NCBI GenBank assembly: GCA_036986255.1
Contig: BTRF01000001.1
Span: forward strand, 1 to 41,421
DNA from: Patescibacteria group bacterium
GTDB taxonomy: Bacteria > Patescibacteriota > WWE3 > 9FT-COMBO-53-11
Length of the DNA: 41,421 nt
Reading direction: 5' to 3'
In this document: in pieces, positions 35,728-41,421 of the stretch
Layout of the letters: every line of letters begins with the position of its first letter
Position numbering within the stretch: the first letter of the stretch is position 1
The notes under the pieces: model-generated
Databases searched by the model: none
Seen by the model: the letters and a program-made list of their open reading frames with translations, nothing else
Told to the model about the DNA's origin: nothing
Program-made: the position numbers and the translations under genes

Positions 35728-35918
35728 TGGAGCCGCCCCACGGGATCGAACCGTGAACCTGCCGTTTATCACGTCAAACGTGAGTAGCGATTGACTTCTG
35801 GAGCCAGGGGTGGGATTTGAACCCACGACCCCCTGTTTACAAAACAGGTGCTCTGGCCGCTGAGCTACCCTGGCCAATCACGTCCAAAACGGCTGCTCTA
35901 CCATTGAGCTAGGGCGGC
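35728..35918 (-). tRNA. tRNA gene whose two perfectly matching halves are separated by a 123-nt insert in the anticodon loop (interrupted, split or intron-containing tRNA; identity unresolved)
   Basis: 5' part (35889-35918): GCCGCCC-TA-GCTC-AATGGTA-GAGC-A-GCCGT. 3' part (35728-35765): ACGGC-AGGTT-CACGG-TTCGATC-CCGTG-GGGCGGC-T-CCA. The acceptor, D, anticodon and T stems are all perfectly complementary. The intervening 35766-35888 contains tRNA-Thr(UGU). Confidence 0.55.
35799..35874 (-). tRNA. tRNA-Thr (anticodon UGU), CCA end encoded, located inside the interrupted tRNA
   Basis: GCCAGGG-TA-GCTC-AGCGGCCA-GAGC-A-CCTGT-TTTGTAA-ACAGG-GGGTC-GTGGG-TTCAAAT-CCCAC-CCCTGGC-T-CCA. All stems are perfect. 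Confidence 0.95.
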
Positions 35919-36117
35919 TTGGATTAAATCGTATCCGATTTTCAAAACGGCTCTCTGCCATTGTTTCGTCCTCGCTCCTGCTTGAACGAACGGTAGTGAT
36001 CCTTAGTTTTCATTACCGGGCTGCGCCAGCACGATTAAGTTCTAAAAGAACTTTCAAACGATTACCCTATCGTTTACAGTTTAGCATTTGATTTCGTACC
36101 ATACCACCCCATAGTTA

Positions 36118-36146
36118 TTGACTTACCACAGCTTTCAAGATAGACT
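36118..36146 (+). promoter_or_regulatory. Candidate sigma70-type promoter
   Basis: TTGACT (36118-36123), a 17-nt spacer, then TAGACT (36141-36146). It lies about 40 nt upstream of a strong SD (AAAGGAGAGG, 36171-36180) and the ATG at 36186. Confidence 0.3.
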
Positions 36147-36185
36147 TCAAACGAATACAAAACTAAGAAGAAAGGAGAGGTTGTG

Positions 36186-36573
36186 ATGCCTGTTGTAGTA
36201 CTTAATTACGATCCCGCAAGGGTACGGCGAGAAATGGCAGTCTACATTGCCCAGGCTCTGCCCAGGTGGGTAGCTGGTGCTCTTTCGGTCGAGGAGGCCG
36301 ATAGGCCGACTCACAAAAGATGACATTGAAGTTTGGGTGAGGGAGCGTCAGCCCTCCGACGTTGGCAGCTATCAGATTGAAGTCGTGGTTTGGGCTAAGC
36401 ACTACCGCGCTCGCGAAGAACAGATTGACGAGGCAGCGGCGCTCATTGACTCATATATCAGACTGGTGGTGGAGAAGTATATCGCACAGCTGGTGGACGT
36501 GGTCGTTCCCTTTCCGATCAAGAGTTTTGTTTACATCCTGCTATGCCCGGCCGGCTTTGCTGAGAGCAGCTGA
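36186..36573 (+). pseudogene. Small hypothetical gene split over two frames at an A4 run (frameshifted gene, sequencing error or two small ORFs)
   Basis: The ATG at 36186 has a strong SD and opens a 45-codon ORF ending in TGA at 36321-36323. The +1 frame is open from 36277 to the TGA at 36571-36573. Removing one A from the aaaa run at 36315-36318 joins them as ...EEADRPTHK-DDIEVWVRERQ.... Confidence 0.4.
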
Positions 36574-36589
36574 CCTTGGCAGGCATATG

Positions 36590-36626
36590 ACCCTCCTTTG
36601 AGATTCAGAGGAGGGTTTCTTTTTTG
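36590..36626 (+). terminator. Rho-independent terminator
   Basis: Stem ACCCTCCT (36590-36597) pairs with AGGAGGGT (36609-36616), followed by TTCTTTTTT. Confidence 0.75.
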
Positions 36627-36647
36627 GGCCCCTCCAGCCATTATTGC

Positions 36648-36681
36648 GCCACCTCGGCTTTATGCTTCGGTGGCTTTTTTA
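36648..36681 (+). terminator. Second tandem rho-independent terminator
   Basis: Stem GCCACC (36648-36653) pairs with GGTGGC (36669-36674), followed by TTTTTT. Confidence 0.6.
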
Positions 36682-36850
36682 TTCACCCGGGGTATAAAGG
36701 TCAGACCCTCAAGTTACTGCCTGTCTGCTACCCACTATCACATATAATACTATTATACTTTAAAGTATGAAAGTATTGAGAATCAGGAGTGGGCCCGCGT
36801 CCAAAACAGGAACAATAAAACTAACCAACCATAATTTCAAAGCTCCAACG

Positions 36851-36927
36851 ACTACTGAACTATTAACTACGGACTAACTGCCAATAACTAATGACTATTG
36901 CCTACCGGCTATTCACCTACTAATAAC
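36851..36927. repeat. Heptamer-periodic tract downstream of fmt (11 units)
   Basis: Units in order: actactg aactatt aactacg gactaac tgccaat aactaat gactatt gcctacc ggctatt cacctac taataac. The CTA/ACTA core stays in phase throughout. Confidence 0.7.
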
Positions 36928-36971
36928 TAGCGAAGCTGGTTAATAGCTAGTGATCGTAAGATCACGTCCTA

Positions 36972-37877
36972 CTACTTGAGATATCCTTTGACAAAATCGG
37001 TAAAGTGAATAGGTTTTCTTCCCTCTACCTGAACGCGGTCGAGGGAGATGACCCCGTTTTCCAAGTGTGCTTCAAGGAGCTTTAGTTTGAGGTCTTTGTG
37101 TTTGGGGCTTCTTAACTCCTGATCCAGCTGGTCGGCCATCTCTCCAACCGTGGTCCAAACTCCCGGCCAGGGGGTATAGGCCCGAAACATTTGTTCAATC
37201 TGCTCGTTGCTCATCCCCCAGCTTATCTTCCCGTTCTCCCTCCGGATGAGTTTGGTGACGGTGGCTTGAGCGTGGTCCTGGGGTTGAGGAGTGATCCGCC
37301 CGTTCCAGTATTCAAGGATGGTTTTGACCAACAGGTTTCCTCCGAGGATGGCGAGCTTTCCGGTCAGGGTGGGAGTGGTTTCGTCGGCGGCGAGGGCGAT
37401 TTTTTCTTGGGCCAGGAGGGGTCCATGGTCCATTTCTTCGTCAAGAAGCATGATTGTCGCTCCCGTCTCCTTATCTCCATTGAGGATGGCGGCTTGGATA
37501 GGAGAAGGCCCGCGGTACTTGGGCAAGAGCGAGGGGTGGACGTTTAAGGACCCTCGAAGCGGAATGTCCAGGATCTCTTTGGGAATGATGAGTCCGTAGG
37601 AGGCTACAACGAAGAGATCAGGTTTAAGGGTGGAAAGTTTTGCGTCCAGAGCTGAGAGCTCGGACTTGCTGGCGGGGCTGAAGGCGGTGATTCTATGTTC
37701 TTTAGCGAGAGCTTTTACATGAGAGGGGTTTCGCTTCTGCTTCCGGCCGGCGGGCCGATCGGGCTGGGTGACGACCGCGCTGATTTTAAATTTGGCATCC
37801 AGGAGGATTTGGAGAATAATCCGGCCGAAGGCAGGAGTGCCGAAGAAAATAATACGGGGTTTGGCTTGGGTTTTCAT
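36972..37877 (-). CDS. fmt: Methionyl-tRNA formyltransferase
   Basis: 301 aa with IIFFGTPAFG, VVTQPDRPAGR, LNVHPSLLPKYRGPSPIQAAILNGD. It has an ATGA overlap with def. Confidence 0.9.
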   Translation of the reverse strand: MKTQAKPRIIFFGTPAFGRIILQILLDAKFKISAVVTQPDRPAGRKQKRNPSHVKALAKEHRITAFSPASKSELSALDAKLSTLKPDLFVVASYGLIIPKEILDIPLRGSLNVHPSLLPKYRGPSPIQAAILNGDKETGATIMLLDEEMDHGPLLAQEKIALAADETTPTLTGKLAILGGNLLVKTILEYWNGRITPQPQDHAQATVTKLIRRENGKISWGMSNEQIEQMFRAYTPWPGVWTTVGEMADQLDQELRSPKHKDLKLKLLEAHLENGVISLDRVQVEGRKPIHFTDFVKGYLK

Positions 37878-38380
37878 TCTGTGCGGGTCTTCTCCATGGC
37901 TCTGCCGGTAATGAGCCTGCCGTTCAAATGGTCAATTTCGTGTTGGAAAATGCGGGCAAGGAAGCCGGAGGCCTTTATTTTGAGGGTTTGTCCCTGCAGG
38001 TCTTGAGCTTCAATGGTAATGGTCTCGAAGCGCTCAATGGGAATGTACTGCCGGGGGACGGAGAGGCATCCTTCGTGTTCGGAGCCGGTCTTGCGGGAGT
38101 GCTTGGTGATTTTGGGGTTTACGATGGCTAGGAAGTTGGGAGAGGAGTTGGTTTCTTCAGGATTCAGTCTTACGATGGCTACCCGCAACCCAATTCCTAT
38201 CTGATTGGCGGCCAAGCCCACCCCCTCGGGGTTGCGCTGGGCTTTAAGGGTCTCTTTCATCTTCCGGATGAGCTTTTGAAGTCTTTCATCAAACTTCGTG
38301 ACGGGACGGGTGGGTTTCTTAAGGACTGGGTTTGGTACCGTAACGATCTTCGGTTCGGATTTAGGATGGGTAGTTTTCAT
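37874..38380 (-). CDS. def: Peptide deformylase
   Basis: The three motifs are present: GLAANQIG, EGCLS and HEIDH. It has an ATGA overlap with the upstream priA-like gene. Confidence 0.95.
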   Translation of the reverse strand: MKTTHPKSEPKIVTVPNPVLKKPTRPVTKFDERLQKLIRKMKETLKAQRNPEGVGLAANQIGIGLRVAIVRLNPEETNSSPNFLAIVNPKITKHSRKTGSEHEGCLSVPRQYIPIERFETITIEAQDLQGQTLKIKASGFLARIFQHEIDHLNGRLITGRAMEKTRTE

Positions 38381-39807
38381 AGCAGCGACTCCGGATCGAC
38401 CTCAATCTTCCATTCCGGAGGGATCACCTTAGACAGTTTAGCAAGAGTTTTCTCAAGTTGCGCTCCTTTTTCTTCACTGCGCTTAGGACAGGTTTTGATC
38501 TTAACGGCAAGATTGAGCTGGATTTTTCTGGGGGTGGGCAGGTACGGAGGGTAGGGTGGAGAAACGTTAATAGTGGGGAGTTTAGAGTTCAAGGTTGAAA
38601 GTTTCTCATGAAGTTTTTCTGCCTCCAGGTTGGTTTTGGCGGTGCTTCTGGAGGTGAAGGTGAGCTTGACGAGGGTACTGAAAGGGGGATAGGAGAGTTC
38701 GCGGCGGGTTTTAAGTTCGCATTTGTAGAAGTTGGTCAGGTCCCCGCCGTCTAAACTATCAAAAAGAATATGGCGGGGAAAGGAGGTTTGGAGGTAGACT
38801 TTTCTTTTTGTGATTTGATCTAGCTTTCGGACGGTCCAAACTATCTTTTCGTGGGCGCGGAAGTCGGGGAGGTTGAAGATGGTGTCCACATCTGCCCAGA
38901 CGATGTGATCTGCTTCTTTTCCGGGGAGAGAGAAGAGCTTAGGCCCCCAAACCTCTACGAAGTTTTTACCCACACCGCTTTTAAGCAACTCATCTTTAAT
39001 TCCCTCCTGTAATTCTTTGGAACTAACATAGACTATTGTATATTTACATTCTTTAAGGAGGGTTTTTAGCTTTTGAGAAACGAGGGAAAAGTTGCCGGCG
39101 GCCTTCTCGCGGGCGAGGTCAGTTATCCCAACCCTTCGGGTTGAGGATTTCGAACCCGAAGGGTTTAATTTTTCATTATAGATGTCTTCAATGCGCGGGG
39201 ATAGGTAGCGCAGCTCCAACTCTAATCCCTCGATCTCCGCCCGCTTTTGGGCGACGTCCTTGGCATGGTAGTAAGGCGATCGCTCGTCTTTGTAGTTCCA
39301 ATTCTCCGGCTCTTCAATGATGATTTTTTTTAGGTTCGGCAGATTGGCAAAGACTGCCGACCGCGACCCCACCATCGCCTTTTGAGTTTGAGATCTTGAG
39401 TTTTGAAGAGCCCGGGCGCGGATTTTTACTTGGGAGGCATAGGGGACGAGGAGCAGAGTGGTGATCTCGCCTTTAGGGGCGGTGGCTGCTCTGGCGCCTT
39501 TTTTCTCGATTTGGCTTTTGAGGCAATCCAGAGGAGGAGCCAAGTAGTGTTGAGTCATCCATTGGGATAGGGCTACTTGGGAGGCGGTAAAGGTGCGTGC
39601 TTTTACTTTCTGTATTTCCTTAGTAGGAAAAGGGGGCTTTTTCGAAGTAACCCTCCAGATATACCCCTCCACAACCCGTTTTCCAAAAGGGATAACGACC
39701 TGAGCACCTTCCAGGGCGTCGGTTTCAAGACTCTTAGGCACCCGATAAGTGAAGAGCTTTTTGGCGGGATCCTGATAGGTATCGACCGCAATTTCCGCAT
39801 AAAGCAT
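38377..39807 (-). CDS. PriA-like primosomal protein N' homologue lacking helicase and zinc-finger motifs
   Basis: The ATG at 39807 (MLYAEIAVDTYQDP...) is preferred to the track start at 39969, which would overlap dprA. The N-terminus (VVIPFGKRVVEGYIWRV) and C-terminus (RRELSYPPFSTLVKL) match PriA, and priA-def-fmt synteny holds. There is no GxGKT motif, DEEH is replaced by EEPE, and there are no CxxC pairs. Confidence 0.7.
   Translation of the reverse strand: MLYAEIAVDTYQDPAKKLFTYRVPKSLETDALEGAQVVIPFGKRVVEGYIWRVTSKKPPFPTKEIQKVKARTFTASQVALSQWMTQHYLAPPLDCLKSQIEKKGARAATAPKGEITTLLLVPYASQVKIRARALQNSRSQTQKAMVGSRSAVFANLPNLKKIIIEEPENWNYKDERSPYYHAKDVAQKRAEIEGLELELRYLSPRIEDIYNEKLNPSGSKSSTRRVGITDLAREKAAGNFSLVSQKLKTLLKECKYTIVYVSSKELQEGIKDELLKSGVGKNFVEVWGPKLFSLPGKEADHIVWADVDTIFNLPDFRAHEKIVWTVRKLDQITKRKVYLQTSFPRHILFDSLDGGDLTNFYKCELKTRRELSYPPFSTLVKLTFTSRSTAKTNLEAEKLHEKLSTLNSKLPTINVSPPYPPYLPTPRKIQLNLAVKIKTCPKRSEEKGAQLEKTLAKLSKVIPPEWKIEVDPESLL
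39130..39165. repeat. Inverted doublet of a REP-core variant inside the priA-like CDS
   Basis: aacccttcgggtt (39130-39142) and aacccgaagggtt (39153-39165) are reverse complements separated by 10 nt. They have the same AACCC/GGGTT arms as the REP core. They are translated (minus strand) within KLNPSGSKSSTRRVG. Confidence 0.7.
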
Positions 39808-39894
39808 CAACTTTATCTTAACAAGACGGCGTGATATGATTTGAGGCAAGCGGAGGCAGTAAAACAGTAAGTTTACTGACCCGCCAACCTTACT

Positions 39895-41001
39895 ATGATT
39901 TTGAACGATCGTGAGAAAGAGTTTTGGCTTCTTTGGAATCAGCTTTACGAACATATCGGTCCAACCCATTTTGACCAGCTTCTGCGGGCCTTTGGATCAG
40001 CCGAAAAGGCTTGGAAAGTACCTGCCAAGGAGTTTGAAAAGTTGGGTTGGAGGCCCAAAGCGCTGGAAGCGCTTAAAAACCGTAATAATCCCACGGTTAC
40101 GCCTACATTGGGAAATACTAGCAGAGGTACTTATGATGTGATAGCCAGCTTTGAGGAGGCTTATCCGCAAAGTCTGCTCCAGATAAGTTCTCCCCCGCCC
40201 ATCCTGTACGTAAGGGGGGAGCTAATTCCACGGGATCGGTTGGCGTTGGCCGTAGTAGGGTCGCGGAAGATGACAAGGTACGGGCGGGAAGTGGTGGAGG
40301 CGTTAGTGCCGGAGCTTGCGGCCGCCGGCCTCACCATAGTTTCCGGCCTTGCTTTGGGCGTTGACACCATTGCTCACCGGACCGCCCTGCAGGGGGGAGG
40401 GCGGACGATTGCCGTCTTGCCTTGCGGGATAGATCAGGTTTACCCGCCCTCTAATGTATCTCTTGCGGAGCAGATTATCAGGAGCGGTCGGGGGGCTTTG
40501 GTGACGGAGTTTCCTTCGGGGACGCCGGCCTACCAATCCAATTTCCCGATTCGCAACCGGATCATCTCGGGCTTGGCGCTGGGGACGCTGGTGATTGAGG
40601 CGGCTCGGGGTTCCGGCACTTTTCACACCGTGTCAGCCGCTCTGGAACAGGGGCGGGATGTTTTTGCGGTTCCTGGATCGATCTTCTCCCCTTATTCAGC
40701 CGGGACGGCCAGGTTGATTGAGAGGGGAGCTAAGCCGGTTACGCGGGCTTCCGATATTCTTGAGGAGTTGGAGATCGTAGCCGAAAGTTTAAAGCAGGAA
40801 GTTAGGGAAGTGTCTCCCTCTACTCCAGAGGAGGAGGGGATTTTGGAGGTTTTGGGGAGCGACGAGCTCCACATTGATGAGGTTGTACGACGCTCGGAGC
40901 TCGATGCGTCTAAGGTCTCGTCAATCCTGACGATAATGGAGATGAAAGGGTTAGTTAGGAATTCAGGAAGCGGTATTTATCAAGCAAGGTTAAATAGTTG
41001 A
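39895..41001 (+). CDS. dprA: DNA-processing protein DprA (Smf)
   Basis: 368 aa with the Rossmann-like core LAVVGSRKMTRYGREV...IVSGLALGVDTIAHRTAL...TIAVLPCGID...NFPIRNRIISGL and a C-terminal winged-helix-like tail. Confidence 0.85.
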   Translation: MILNDREKEFWLLWNQLYEHIGPTHFDQLLRAFGSAEKAWKVPAKEFEKLGWRPKALEALKNRNNPTVTPTLGNTSRGTYDVIASFEEAYPQSLLQISSPPPILYVRGELIPRDRLALAVVGSRKMTRYGREVVEALVPELAAAGLTIVSGLALGVDTIAHRTALQGGGRTIAVLPCGIDQVYPPSNVSLAEQIIRSGRGALVTEFPSGTPAYQSNFPIRNRIISGLALGTLVIEAARGSGTFHTVSAALEQGRDVFAVPGSIFSPYSAGTARLIERGAKPVTRASDILEELEIVAESLKQEVREVSPSTPEEEGILEVLGSDELHIDEVVRRSELDASKVSSILTIMEMKGLVRNSGSGIYQARLNS

Positions 41002-41234
41002 TAAGTTGGATCCTTTTTAGGACATTTCGTGGTCGTCAAGTCCTCGCTTAACCCTGTGTCCAACCATTATCACTTTCTGCTCTGGACTGCGATCCAAACT
41101 TCAAGGGTTGGGTCCTTAGACCTAGACTTATTTGGTGATTAAGTGCCGGAGAGGTCGAATTGGAGGGTTTCCTACTTGTGCCTGAAGTTAAGATATTTTC
41201 GGATTTGGAATAATTCTGCTATTATCGCTCTGAC

Positions 41235-41421
41235 GTGAAGTTAGTTGTGGTGGAATCTCCTACAAAAGCAAAAACCTTATCCAAGTTTCTGGGAAAGGGC
41301 TACGAAGTTCTCTCTTCGATGGGGCATATTATTGATCTGCCCAAGAAGGAACTGGGGGTAGACGTGGAACACGGTTTTACCCCCCAGTACGCTGTACTCC
41401 CGGGGAAGGGTAAGACGGTAT
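41235..41421 (+). CDS. topA: DNA topoisomerase I, N-terminal fragment (continues beyond the window)
   Basis: GTG start. [35 protein letters not shown] is the TOPRIM N-terminus of TopA. The ORF is open to the window end. Confidence 0.85.
   Translation, partial: MKLVVVESPTKAKTLSKFLGKGYEVLSSMGHIIDLPKKELGVDVEHGFTPQYAVLPGKGKTV

Noticed and set aside
35313-35877. Track ORFs 35313-35672(+) and 35680-35877(-).
   Set aside because: They run straight through four tRNA genes, so they are spurious.
1-41421. Alternative genetic code, with UGA recoded as in some candidate phyla.
   Set aside because: Conserved genes (def, fmt, rplK, nusG, glgA and others) translate full-length under the standard code. 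Several genes terminate at TGA exactly where homologues end, for example the giant gene at 10474, the priA-like gene at 38377 and rpmG at 35082.

Overview
This 41.4-kb window comes from a compact, gene-dense bacterial genome that uses the standard genetic code. The gene content and overall style suggest a Candidate Phyla Radiation/Patescibacteria-like organism, but that is inference only. All calls rest on reading the sequence and ORF track by eye, with no searches or folding programs. Repeat boundaries are good to a few nt.

Gene content from left to right:
- (1) A giant cell-surface fibre-like protein of more than 3,490 aa, truncated at its 5' end by the window edge (1-10476).
- (2) An IS200/Y1-type REP-associated tyrosine transposase (RAYT) flanked by identical 25-nt palindrome-containing REP repeats, followed by a TrpR/YerC-like regulator, a PEGA-domain protein and an O-antigen-ligase/WecB(GT26) fusion.
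- (3) An alpha-glucan cluster: glgP-like phosphorylase, glgA, two GH57 enzymes, an APH-fold kinase and a PHP phosphoesterase.
- (4) An 840-nt ORF-poor gap, then secE-nusG-rplK-rplA-(L10 leader)-rplJ-rplL.
- (5) A CarboxypepD_reg membrane protein and a second large surface fibre protein (1158 aa).
- (6) rpmB, an M50-like protease and a DUF1003 protein.
- (7) A minus-strand tRNA/rpmG cluster: Thr-UGU, Tyr, Thr-GGU, rpmG and Trp.
- (8) A possibly frameshifted small gene, then fmt-def-priA-like, dprA and the start of topA.

Most notable observations:
- (a) A perfect tRNA-Thr(UGU) is nested inside the anticodon loop of another, otherwise perfect, tRNA gene.
- (b) A family of degenerate tracts with 7-nt periodicity fills most intergenic spacers and 5' leaders. 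It also occurs in frame inside a coding region.
- (c) The RAYT/REP system has REPIN-like inverted doublets sitting inside two ORFs.
- (d) Both giant surface genes are compositional mosaics punctuated by a conserved GC-rich 24-nt motif and an in-frame 169-nt direct repeat.
- (e) The PriA homologue lacks all helicase and zinc-finger motifs.
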